Shown here: piece after piece, positions 1-8,504 of the stretch
Numbering within the stretch: position 1 is the stretch's first letter
Layout: each line of letters begins with the position of its first letter
Assembly (NCBI GenBank): GCA_045863335.1
Contig: BTVY01000022.1
Span: forward strand, 1 to 64,000
Reading direction: 5' to 3'
DNA from: Candidatus Hydrogenedentota bacterium
Lineage (GTDB): Bacteria > Hydrogenedentota > Hydrogenedentia > Hydrogenedentales > SLHB01
DNA length: 64,000 bases
Made by a program: the position numbers and the translations under genes
The notes under the pieces: generated by a model
The model's database searches: none
Seen by the model: only the letters and a program-made list of their open reading frames with translations
Told to the model about the DNA's origin: nothing

Positions 1-53
1 AGAGGACATTTCTAACGAGTTAAGCCAGAGGACATTTCTAACGAGTCTTGACA
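1..53. mobile_element. Probable insertion-sequence terminus (IS1202/ISNCY-like); element body lies outside the window
   Basis: Perfect 20-bp direct repeat AGAGGACATTTCTAACGAGT at 1-20 and 27-46, followed by CTTGACA (reads TGTCAAG inward on the minus strand). TGT ends with tandem subterminal repeats are typical of these IS ends. Family assignment is inference. Confidence 0.55.
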
Positions 54-70
54 CGAATCAGGCTGTTGAG

Positions 71-99
71 TTGCCATTTTTCGTGTAGTGTGCTATCGT
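71..99 (+). promoter_or_regulatory. Sigma70-type promoter for a putative small RNA
   Basis: TTGCCA (71-76), 17-bp spacer, TATCGT (94-99) with extended -10 TG at 91-92. No ORF follows on the + strand. Confidence 0.6.
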
Positions 100-105
100 G
101 AAACT

Positions 106-173
106 GGAATCTGAAATACGGCACATCCGTAAAGTAGGATTCCTCCGGGGGCGGAAACGTCCCCTCTTTCTTT
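106..173 (+). ncRNA. Putative structured small RNA convergent with the DUF3800 gene
   Basis: Stem 106-112/137-143, internal loop GAAA/AAGUA (bulged-G motif), stem 117-121/127-131, then hairpin 147-164 with a GAAA tetraloop and a UCUUUCUUU tail. It begins 6 nt after the predicted -10. Confidence 0.65.
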
Positions 174-175
174 CC

Positions 176-955
176 TTAGAGCCTCACAATCCCCTGCGGA
201 TCTCTTCCCGCCGCTACCGTGCAAAGAATCGGATCTAGCCTGTTGAAATAGTTATGCGCTGATTTCTTTTTTATATATGCGCTTGGCGCAAACTTCTGGT
301 AGAGCAAGAAGGCTGTCAAGTCAACGGCTTGGATAAAGAAGGAATGCGCGGAATCTCGAAATGTCGGGTCCTCGACCACGCGGGTGAGCAGTAGATTCCG
401 ATAGGCATCAGCACCAGCGGCCCGGTACTCAATCTTGCTCGGGATGGGGTTGTATCGTCTCATTCGGCGGAGTAGTCGGGTGAGCTTCTTGTCATCCGTT
501 CGGTCGACGAATAAGATTCCACGATCGTCTGCATTGCACGGACCCGGGAAATTCCGATGGGACATCGTATTTTCAAATCGCTGGATCAACACGGTCCACG
601 CCCGCTCGAAAACGTCGAAGTCGTCGGATCTCCCTTCTTTGTCCACAATGACGTTCACTACCGCAATATCCGGAATACTGGCAAGACAATCGGCGAAGTG
701 TCGAATCATCGTCAGGCGATCGTGCTTTGGAATTACCGTCAGTTTTCCGGGTCTGCTGATGAAAGCCGCCGCATGGAACTCTGTCCGCATAGGGAGGTCA
801 AAACGGTCCCTAAGTGTGCGCTTGAACGCGATCAATTGGTCCAGCGTGTCATGCCAACGTAGCTCATGGACGACCAGGCCCGACAACGCGAAGTACCGGC
901 TTGGACTGTTTGTGATGCCGCAATCGCCACTTTCGTCAACGTACATCATGAACAT
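176..955 (-). CDS. DUF3800 domain protein (RNase H-like fold)
   Basis: N-terminal YVDESG and C-terminal QAVD (DE and QxxD motifs). Start moved to ATG 955, which has GGGG upstream. Confidence 0.85.
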   Translation of the reverse strand: MFMMYVDESGDCGITNSPSRYFALSGLVVHELRWHDTLDQLIAFKRTLRDRFDLPMRTEFHAAAFISRPGKLTVIPKHDRLTMIRHFADCLASIPDIAVVNVIVDKEGRSDDFDVFERAWTVLIQRFENTMSHRNFPGPCNADDRGILFVDRTDDKKLTRLLRRMRRYNPIPSKIEYRAAGADAYRNLLLTRVVEDPTFRDSAHSFFIQAVDLTAFLLYQKFAPSAYIKKKSAHNYFNRLDPILCTVAAGRDPQGIVRL

Positions 956-1086
956 GATCGCAGTCCCCAATTCGTCGCTGAGCTGGATATGACCAGACCA
1001 ATCATGGGTGCCAGCGTGGGGGTGGTATTCGCATAGAGCCCCCAAAGCATTCGTCAATATTCCCCAACTGTGCAGTTCCCAAGAAA

Positions 1087-1251
1087 TCAGCTACTGCTTC
1101 CCTCTACAATCGCGATTTCTTCGGCGGTGAGGCCGTAGAGTTCGTAGACGAGGTGGTCAATTTCCTCATCGGTCGACACGATCTGGCGCTCCAGGAGCGT
1201 GCGGTCGTGGCCGGTCTTCGCCTGTTGCGGTAGCTTGTGCCTATCCAGCAT
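1087..1251 (-). pseudogene. C-terminal remnant of a type IIG-like restriction-modification methyltransferase
   Basis: LERQIVSTDEEIDHLVYELYGLTAEEIAIVE matches the characteristic helical C-terminus of these enzymes. The rest of the gene is absent. Confidence 0.65.
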
Positions 1252-1340
1252 TCTCTGGTCGAAAGCGCCACCCCACACAATTGCCGATTCCGCAATACTA
1301 TGGACATGCGAAACTATAGGCAAGAGAACGGGGTGGATCA

Positions 1341-1375
1341 AGAGGGGGCCTGCGGCAGGTTGGCCGCAAGCCCCT
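1341..1375 (-). terminator. Hairpin immediately downstream of tRNA-His
   Basis: On the minus strand, GGGGCTTGCGG-N8-CCGCAGGCCCC followed by CTCTT. Confidence 0.5.
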
Positions 1376-1385
1376 TGGAAAAGAA

Positions 1386-1462
1386 TGGTACCGGGAGGGG
1401 GACTTGAACCCTCGACCTCTGGATCCACAATCCAGCGCTCTAACCAGCTGAGCTATCCCGGC
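1386..1462 (-). tRNA. tRNA-His (GTG)
   Basis: Cloverleaf GCCGGGA-TA-GCTC..GAGC-G-CTGGA TTGTGGA TCCAG-AGGTC-GAGGG TTCAAGT CCCCC-TCCCGGT-A-CCA. Anticodon GTG, CCA encoded. Confidence 0.97.
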
Positions 1463-1541
1463 ATTGGTCGTGTCGAACCACGCGACCGCATCGTCTAATC
1501 ACGCACGTTCATGCGCAGATCCCGTGCTCGCGCGGACGCAT

Positions 1542-1571
1542 AGTATACGGAGCCGGCGCGCCGCGAGTCAA
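1542..1571 (-). promoter_or_regulatory. Probable tRNA-His promoter
   Basis: TTGACT (1571-1566), 18-bp spacer, TATACT (1547-1542). Confidence 0.55.
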
Positions 1572-1722
1572 TGATCGGACCATTGTAATGTCAACGCAAA
1601 GTAGAAATGTCCGCCCCATGGAGTCTCGGTGGAGGCCTCCGCGAGGATCGATTGGGCGGCGGACGCGAAGTAGCGGTAAACAATTGACGCTTCATGCGAT
1701 CCGGGGCTATGATCGGGATATC

Positions 1723-2415
1723 ATGAAAATCTTGGCCGCCGATACCAGCACTTCCGTCAATACCGTCGCCTTGTGTGACGGCGGGCGTGTTTTGGCGGAG
1801 ACGGTCGTCGATTGCGGCCGCGCCCACGCGGAACGGCTGTTGAGCACCGTGGATTGGGTGTTGGCGGAGGCCGGACTTGCCCTGAAGGATGTTGACGCCT
1901 TGGCCATCTCCAAGGGGCCGGGGTCGTTTACCGGGCTTCGCGTGGGTGTCGCCACGTGGAAAGGACTGGCGTTGGGCGCCGGTCTGCCCTTGGCCGGCGT
2001 GCCGACGCTCGACGCCTTGGCGCGCGTCCCCGCGTTGTATACCGGGACGATTTGCCCTGTCCTCGACGCGAAGATGGGGGAGGTCTTCTGCGCCGTCTAT
2101 CGGTATGAGCGTGGAATACGCAGTAAGGTCGCGGCGGATCGGGTCTGTCCGGTTGAGATGCTGCTGAGTGAACTTGATGGCGTCGTGCATTTTCTTGGCG
2201 ACGGCGCGCAGCGGTACTGGTCCACCATCGCCGAACGATTGCCCGAAGCGCACCTGGTTCTGGGCGGCGCAGGTATGCCGCGGGCCTCGGCCGTCGCGGA
2301 GGAAGCCGTTGCAATGTTGAAGGCCGGGGCGGATTCCGGCGCGGCCGCGGTCGCGCCGGTGTATCTGCGGAAATCGCAGGCTGAAGAGGCGCGGGAAAAG
2401 GCAGGGGCGCCATGA
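1723..2415 (+). CDS. tsaB: tRNA threonylcarbamoyladenosine biosynthesis protein TsaB
   Basis: MKILAADTS, HAERL, GPGSFTGLRVG, DAKMGEVF and PVYLRKSQAE motifs. Confidence 0.95.
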   Translation: MKILAADTSTSVNTVALCDGGRVLAETVVDCGRAHAERLLSTVDWVLAEAGLALKDVDALAISKGPGSFTGLRVGVATWKGLALGAGLPLAGVPTLDALARVPALYTGTICPVLDAKMGEVFCAVYRYERGIRSKVAADRVCPVEMLLSELDGVVHFLGDGAQRYWSTIAERLPEAHLVLGGAGMPRASAVAEEAVAMLKAGADSGAAAVAPVYLRKSQAEEAREKAGAP

Positions 2416-2879
2416 GCGTCTCCGAATCGGTGGCCCTTCGCTTCGAGCCCATTGCCGTGGAGCACTTGGGAAGGATTCTCGATATCGAGGTGGAAGCCTA
2501 TCCCGAGCCCTGGACAGAGGGCATGTTTCGCGACGAGATCCGGAACAACTTCTCCCGGTTCTTCGTGGCCATGCTCGACGAAGTGCTTGTGGGATACGGC
2601 GGATTCTGGCTGGTCGTCGATGAGGCCCACATCACCAGCGTCACCGTGCGCGACATTTACCGCGGACGCGGATTCGGGCGCAGGCTCGTGGAACATCTCC
2701 TCCACGAGGCCGAAGACGCGGGCGCACGGATTGCAACCCTGGAGGTTCGCGTGTCGAATCTTCGGGCGCGGAATCTATACCTCCAGTATGGATTTCGCCC
2801 CGTCGGACTGCGGAAAAATTACTATCCCAAGAGCAATGAAGACGCCATCGTCATGCTCAAGGAGTTGCACGCTGTATAG
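2412..2879 (+). CDS. rimI: Ribosomal protein S18-alanine N-acetyltransferase
   Basis: GNAT with EAHITSVTV, RGRGFG, TLEVRVSN and RKNYY...EDAIVM. ATGA overlap with tsaB. Confidence 0.93.
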   Translation: MSVSESVALRFEPIAVEHLGRILDIEVEAYPEPWTEGMFRDEIRNNFSRFFVAMLDEVLVGYGGFWLVVDEAHITSVTVRDIYRGRGFGRRLVEHLLHEAEDAGARIATLEVRVSNLRARNLYLQYGFRPVGLRKNYYPKSNEDAIVMLKELHAV

Positions 2880-2942
2880 AGGCATGAACACGCGCCGGCA
2901 GGTTTGGACCTCGGGTCAAGACGATCAAACGATTTGGAGCCT

Positions 2943-5546
2943 ATGAGCACACCACAGCGGGAGGACGAAGGCAACTTCGCGCGGCTGCAAACCGCCGGGG
3001 TGCCTTTGGGCGGAGTCGGCGCGGGATGCGTGGAGTTGGGCCGGGACGGCCGCTTCCGCAACATCACCATCAACAACAACCGCAGCGCCGCGAGCCGGAT
3101 CGAACTGTCGCCGGGTTCCTTCTTCGCAGTCCGGGCCGCGCGCCGGGGGAAGGTGAGTGTTCGCATCCTCCAACCCGACTCGAGTCTGCCGTTCCACGAC
3201 GCGGGAGTCGTGGCGCCCTACACGGCCATGGAACAACTCGGGTGGCGCGGTCTGTATCCCGCCTCGCACTACCGTCTCGAAGAGAAGTTGTTTCCCGTGC
3301 GGGTGAATTGGAGTGCCATGACGCCGATCATCCCGTACGACCACGAAGCGTCGACCTTGCCGCTCGTGTTCATTTCCATGTACGTGCACAACCCCACGGA
3401 TTTTCCTTACGACGTGTCCGTCCTGTTCAATTGGGAGAACCTTTGCGGGTGCGCGCGCGATCAATTTCCGGAGCGGCGCGGGCCGATCCGGCCGGTGGTC
3501 GTCATCAGCGATCACGACTCGGAACAGTACCGCATGCAGGAAGGCGCCGAGGAAGACGAGAAGCGGCCGCGTTTGGCCGGATTGGAGTTTGGCTTCCGGG
3601 GCGAGGTGCGGAACAACGCGGAAGGCAACTACTGCATCGTCTCGAAACAGCAACAGGAAGTCCAGACCACGATTATGGGTTGGAACGAGCGCGATCCGCG
3701 CGAACTGCTGGTGCTGTGGAACCAGTTTCACGACGTCGGGCAGCTTGGCAACAAGATCTCCCGGAGTCAGGAGAGTCACTCGGGCGCTCTGTGCAACGCG
3801 TTTACGCTGCCCGCGCAAAAGGGCCGCAGCCTCGTGTTTGTCCTCGCCTGGCACTGTCCCCGCCACGAAGTCCACGGGCAGGACCTTGGCCATGGGTATG
3901 CGAATCACTTCCCGAATGCCGTGTCGGTCGCGACCCAGGCGTTGACGTACTACCGCTACTACTTCAAGGCCGTTGAAGACTGGCAGAGCCGGATCCTGAC
4001 CTCGTCGATGCCGCGATGGTTCAGCAAGATGCTGATCAATAACAACTACGTATTTTCCACGAACGCGCTGTTTACGGGGGGGAACGCATTTACCATGATG
4101 GAATCCCTCGACCATCCGGTCACTGGGTCGCTGGATCGCCGGTTCTACGGTTCCCTCGGTTCCACCTTGTTCTTTCCGAACTTCGATGAAGGCGAACTGG
4201 CGCTGTTCGGCAAACTGAAAGACGAAACCGATCCCGGGCAAATCTACCGGAACCTCGGCGTCGAGTGCCTCCACGAGCCTAACCACGGACACACGGACAA
4301 ACTGGTCGATGTGAACGTCAAGTTCGTCTTGATGGTCTACCGCAACTACATCATGACCGGGAAGCGATTCATTCTGGATCACATCTATCCGCGCGCGCGC
4401 CAGGCGATGGAGCGGGTGCTGACATGCGATAAAGACGGAGATGGACTCCCCGAGCAGGAAGGCAGATCGACTACCTACGATCGGTGGGCCGTGAAAGGGG
4501 TGTGCAGCTACACGTGCAGCCTCTGGATCGCGGCCATTCGCGCCTACGCCCGGTTGGCCCGCCGGCTCAACCACAAGGACGAAGCGAAGAAGTTCGAAGA
4601 CCTGCTGGTGAAGGCCCTGAAGAGCTTTGACGACAAACTCTGGGACGAAGAGAACGGCTATTACCGGCTTTGGGCGTCGGAGGACCCGGGCGACGATCCC
4701 GGCAACATGGCCGGCGCGTGTCACACGGGGCAGTTGGCCGGCCAGTGGTACGCCGACTTCCTGTGCCTGGGGCAATTGTTCCCGCCGGAGAAGGTCAAGC
4801 GGGCTCTCGCGGCCTTGTGTACGTTGAACGACAGCCCGCAAGGTGTCGCGCGGGCCAAACTGCCGGACGGTAGCGCCTGCGAGAATCCGGCATCGCTCAA
4901 TCTCGATCCCGAAGCTGGTACCGCGTGGCCCGGCCTCGACACCGGTCAATTCGCCAGTCTGCTGATTTGTCATGGTTATGCCGACCGGGGCCTCTTTGCC
5001 GTCCAAAAGATCTACAAGAACGTTCATGGCCGGCGGGGCCGCGTGTTCAATCAACCCCTGGAATGGGATCTCGAGTCGAACGATGCGTGCGGGCCCGGCA
5101 TCGACCGCCACATGACGTCGCCCTCGATCTGGCATGTGCTCTACGCCATGGAGGGGTTCCTCCTCAACGTGCCGGATGGTGCGCTGTGGCTGCGGCCCAA
5201 TCTTCCGAAAGGCGTGCATCAACTGAGCGCCCCGTTGTTCACGCCTATCTGCTTCGGCTGGGTGAAATACCGGGAGGACGACGAGAAGGGTTACCGCCAG
5301 GTCGTGCACCTGTCGTTCGACAGCCCCGTGACGCTCAAGACCATCGTTCTGTGCGTGCCCGATGAAGTCGAGGACGTCCAAGTCACGTGCGAAAGCAACG
5401 AAGGTATAGAGCAGGTCGAACATATTTTCGGTTACGACGGCCGCGAACGGCTCATGGAGATTATGCCAAAGCGGCCCATACTTGTTGGCAACCTGCTCAA
5501 GTTGAGCGTCCATCAGATCAAGGGAAAACGATTCCAGTTCGCATGA
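2943..5546 (+). CDS. GH116-family glycoside hydrolase (non-lysosomal glucosylceramidase-like)
   Basis: GVPLGGVGAG N-terminus, DKDGDGLPE, TYDRW and GQLAGQWY motifs. Confidence 0.85.
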   Translation: MSTPQREDEGNFARLQTAGVPLGGVGAGCVELGRDGRFRNITINNNRSAASRIELSPGSFFAVRAARRGKVSVRILQPDSSLPFHDAGVVAPYTAMEQLGWRGLYPASHYRLEEKLFPVRVNWSAMTPIIPYDHEASTLPLVFISMYVHNPTDFPYDVSVLFNWENLCGCARDQFPERRGPIRPVVVISDHDSEQYRMQEGAEEDEKRPRLAGLEFGFRGEVRNNAEGNYCIVSKQQQEVQTTIMGWNERDPRELLVLWNQFHDVGQLGNKISRSQESHSGALCNAFTLPAQKGRSLVFVLAWHCPRHEVHGQDLGHGYANHFPNAVSVATQALTYYRYYFKAVEDWQSRILTSSMPRWFSKMLINNNYVFSTNALFTGGNAFTMMESLDHPVTGSLDRRFYGSLGSTLFFPNFDEGELALFGKLKDETDPGQIYRNLGVECLHEPNHGHTDKLVDVNVKFVLMVYRNYIMTGKRFILDHIYPRARQAMERVLTCDKDGDGLPEQEGRSTTYDRWAVKGVCSYTCSLWIAAIRAYARLARRLNHKDEAKKFEDLLVKALKSFDDKLWDEENGYYRLWASEDPGDDPGNMAGACHTGQLAGQWYADFLCLGQLFPPEKVKRALAALCTLNDSPQGVARAKLPDGSACENPASLNLDPEAGTAWPGLDTGQFASLLICHGYADRGLFAVQKIYKNVHGRRGRVFNQPLEWDLESNDACGPGIDRHMTSPSIWHVLYAMEGFLLNVPDGALWLRPNLPKGVHQLSAPLFTPICFGWVKYREDDEKGYRQVVHLSFDSPVTLKTIVLCVPDEVEDVQVTCESNEGIEQVEHIFGYDGRERLMEIMPKRPILVGNLLKLSVHQIKGKRFQFA

Positions 5547-5577
5547 TTGCAGCCGGTCCGACAGCGGGGAGCCGCCA

Positions 5578-6180
5578 TTGAGAATCTACGGGTTGACGGG
5601 AGGGACCGGCAGCGGGAAATCCGAGGCCGGCCGCATGTTTCGCGAGCGTGGAATCCCGGTGCTGGACGCGGACGCGATTGGTCATGAACTGGTCGAGCCC
5701 GGCGGGGCCGCGGCCGCCGACGTGGTCGAAGCGTTTGGAGAAGGCATCCTGACGAGGGGATCGATCGATCGCGAGAAGCTTGGCGCCGTCGTGTTCCGCG
5801 ACGCGGAGGCACGCCAGAAACTCAATGCGATCATCCATCCCGCGATTCGCCAGGAAATCGCCCGGCGCTGCGGCGAGCTGATTCAGGACGGGCATGAGAT
5901 TATTCTCATCGACGCGGCGCTCATCGCCGAAAACGGCCGGCTCGACGAGTTTATGGCGGGGCTGATTGTGGTAACCTGTCCGGAAGAGATTCGGGTAAAA
6001 CGGCTCGTGCAACATCGCGGGATAACCGAGGACGAGGCGCGGCGCCGGATCGCCGCCCAGACGCCTCCCGAGAAAAAGATTCCTTTGGCGGATTGGGTGA
6101 TAGAAAATTCAGGTACAATAGAAGTGTTGGAGGCTCAAGTGGACCGGGTCTCGGAGGAACTGCAAGGACATGGCGGATAA
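5578..6180 (+). CDS. coaE: Dephospho-CoA kinase
   Basis: GLTGGTGSGKS P-loop, DADAIGH, IDREKLG, LNAIIHP, RIAAQ. Confidence 0.95.
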   Translation: MRIYGLTGGTGSGKSEAGRMFRERGIPVLDADAIGHELVEPGGAAAADVVEAFGEGILTRGSIDREKLGAVVFRDAEARQKLNAIIHPAIRQEIARRCGELIQDGHEIILIDAALIAENGRLDEFMAGLIVVTCPEEIRVKRLVQHRGITEDEARRRIAAQTPPEKKIPLADWVIENSGTIEVLEAQVDRVSEELQGHGG

Positions 6181-6667
6181 GCAGACACGCTGCAAACGGT
6201 GCGGCAAGATTGTCGCCGCGCAGGAAGAGACCCCCATCTGCGTACGATGCCGTGAAAAGTACCTCGAAGACGGCGCGCGGGTGCGCGAAGCCGTTGAGCA
6301 GTGCGGACTTAAGGCGCACGAAGACATCGCCGCCTTCGCTGGAGTCACGTTGGATGAGGTGGACATCCTGCTTAACGATCCGGTTATTATGAAAAAACGC
6401 GTGCTGGAGGAACGCGTCTGCAGCCGGTGCAAGGAACGGCCCGCACAAAACCGTTCCGATTATTGCCTGGTCTGCCGGATGGAACTGAACAAGGCCTTCG
6501 GCGATGCCGCCCGGACCCTCGCGCAGGTCATCGAACGCGAGATGACACATCGGCAAAAGGATGAAGTTTCGCGTCCTACGAACGTCGCGGCTACCCTGGA
6601 TCGAAAACGGGGCAGGGCGACCATTTCCAAGATCGACCCCACCCCGCGTGGACGCTATTCGCAGTAA
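6170..6667 (+). CDS. Zinc-ribbon protein, YvyF/TIGR03826-like
   Basis: Four CxxC pairs (CKRC, CVRC, CSRC, CLVC) around an HTH-like segment. Overlaps the coaE stop. Confidence 0.55.
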   Translation: MADKQTRCKRCGKIVAAQEETPICVRCREKYLEDGARVREAVEQCGLKAHEDIAAFAGVTLDEVDILLNDPVIMKKRVLEERVCSRCKERPAQNRSDYCLVCRMELNKAFGDAARTLAQVIEREMTHRQKDEVSRPTNVAATLDRKRGRATISKIDPTPRGRYSQ

Positions 6668-6719
6668 CTGCCTTTTCGGCGAATTTGATGTATCCGCCTG
6701 ATTGATCGTGCGTGACCGC

Positions 6720-7394
6720 TCATTCCTTGCCCGAAGAGAGATCCCTAATTTCGATGTCCTTGAACCGCACCTCCATTTCGGGCCCGGCGTGCAGTTGGAG
6801 GGCGATGATGCCCTTCTTTGCGCCTTCCGGATCCACGATGTCGCAGGTCGTGTGGCCGTTCAAGACGAGCGTGATCTGGTCGCCTTTACAGGTGATCTCG
6901 TACTGGTTCCAGTCATCCTTCTTGACCCAAGTCTGTGTCTCGGCCTGCTGCTCCGGCGACATGGCCTTCCAGTAGTCCATGATGCCGCGCTTCTTCTCTT
7001 CATACAGCATGCCGTAATAGGTGGCTTCCGCGATGTCCGCCTGATATCCCGCCGCGACATAGTCCGGATGCTGTTCGCTGCGGAACTGAATCCCGCTGTT
7101 GTGATTGCGGAGCTTCACCTTCGCGCGCAGCACGAAATCGCTGTACTCCTTTTTCGTCGACAGGAACGTGTTGTGCTCGATGGTCACGCCGTCCGTCGAT
7201 CCGACGATCTCGCCGTTCTCCACTTTCCAGAGACGCGGATCGCCGTCCCAGCCGGTCAGGTCTTCGCCGTTGAACAACGGGACGAAGACCTCCTCCTCCG
7301 CGTGCGCGGCCAGCGTGAGAAAGGGGAGTAATGCCAGCGCCGCTACGGCGATGATGGCGTGCCAAGAGGTTCGTGCAGTCTTATGCATTCTCAT
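6720..7394 (-). CDS. DUF1080 (3-keto-disaccharide hydrolase) family, secreted
   Basis: Signal peptide, LFNGEDLTGW, NSGIQFRS, GYQADI, WNQYEI and IALQLH motifs. Confidence 0.9.
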   Translation of the reverse strand: MRMHKTARTSWHAIIAVAALALLPFLTLAAHAEEEVFVPLFNGEDLTGWDGDPRLWKVENGEIVGSTDGVTIEHNTFLSTKKEYSDFVLRAKVKLRNHNSGIQFRSEQHPDYVAAGYQADIAEATYYGMLYEEKKRGIMDYWKAMSPEQQAETQTWVKKDDWNQYEITCKGDQITLVLNGHTTCDIVDPEGAKKGIIALQLHAGPEMEVRFKDIEIRDLSSGKE

Positions 7395-7582
7395 GAAAAT
7401 CTCCAAAGTTGTCGGCCGTTACAACCGATTCCGCGTGTGCCATTGCGCGTGCCCCGCGGAATTGTGCGTTCACCAGCGGAGGTGTCATAATCTAAAGCAT
7501 TCTCGCCGCCCGAGTCCAACCCGGGTCGTGGCGAGGGAGCGGGGAACTGCGAACTCAGACTGTATCGAGGGAGGACTGCGCT

Positions 7583-8419
7583 GTGAAAGTTGGAATGAAC
7601 CTGTTGCTCTGGACGGCCGCGGCGAATGAGTCGCATGTGCCGTTGCTCAAGGACATCAAGAGTTGGGGATTCGACGGCGTCGAGCTCCCCATGTTCGCGC
7701 TGGACGGGTCGCCCTGGAAAGACCTCAGTAAAGCGCTCGATGATATTGGTCTCGGCCGCACGGTCGTCGCGGTTCTTCCCGGGGACACGAACCTCATCGG
7801 CGAAAGTGCCGCGGAACGCCAAGCAGCCTTGGATTTCCTGAAGGGGTGTGTCGACAAGTCCGTTGAATTGGGTGCGGAAACGGTCGCCGGTCCGATCTAT
7901 TCGCCCGTCGGTCGTCTGGTGGGACGCGGCCCCACGGATCAGGAAAAGGATTGGGCCGTGGAAGGCCTGAAGGCGGCGGCCAAACATGCCGAAGGCAGCG
8001 GCGTTGCACTTTCAGTCGAACCGCTCAACCGCTTTGAAACCTACTTCCTGAACGCGGAAGCCGACGCGGTAGAACTCATGAAGCGCATCGACAGCAAGTC
8101 CATCGGAATCCTGTACGATACCTTCCACGCGAACATTGAAGAGAAAGGCGTGGCCGATGCCATCAAAACCGGCGGAAAGCGCATCAACCACGTCCACATT
8201 TCCGCCAACGACCGTGCGACGCCGGGCGAAGATCATGTCCATTGGGCGGATACCTTCGCTGCTTTGAAATCCATCGGATATGACGGCTGGCTCACCATCG
8301 AAGCCTTCGGCGCGTGGCTGCCCGAACTCACCGGCGCAACCTGCATCTGGCGCAAGATGGCCCCCAGCGAAGAGCACGTCGCACGGAACGGACTGGCGTT
8401 TATTCGCAATTCCTGGTGA
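7583..8419 (+). CDS. Sugar phosphate isomerase/epimerase (D-psicose/tagatose 3-epimerase-like)
   Basis: EPLNRFE, DTFHANIEE, HVHISANDR and TIEAF motifs. Strong RBS GGAGGA. Confidence 0.9.
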   Translation: MKVGMNLLLWTAAANESHVPLLKDIKSWGFDGVELPMFALDGSPWKDLSKALDDIGLGRTVVAVLPGDTNLIGESAAERQAALDFLKGCVDKSVELGAETVAGPIYSPVGRLVGRGPTDQEKDWAVEGLKAAAKHAEGSGVALSVEPLNRFETYFLNAEADAVELMKRIDSKSIGILYDTFHANIEEKGVADAIKTGGKRINHVHISANDRATPGEDHVHWADTFAALKSIGYDGWLTIEAFGAWLPELTGATCIWRKMAPSEEHVARNGLAFIRNSW

Positions 8420-8470
8420 GTCGCCGGGCGTACTCGTGTTTTGCGAGTCCTGAAATTCTTTGGAAGGTGC

Positions 8471-8504
8471 CCGGGGAAACCTCGTTTGAGCGGGGTTTCC
8501 CCGG
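8471..8504. terminator. GC-rich hairpin after the epimerase gene
   Basis: CCGGGGAAACC...GGTTTCCCCGG inverted repeat. Confidence 0.5.

Noticed and set aside
1-46. Direct repeats as a possible CRISPR array end
   Set aside because: The spacer is only 6 bp, there are no cas genes, and the terminal TGTCAA fits an IS end better.
1252-1498. ORFs running through the tRNA
   Set aside because: They overlap a bona fide tRNA; only the distal part (1087-1251) resembles a protein.
2925-5513. 862-aa antisense ORF opposite GH116
   Set aside because: Shadow ORF produced by GC-rich codon bias; no recognisable motifs and it fully overlaps a clear gene.
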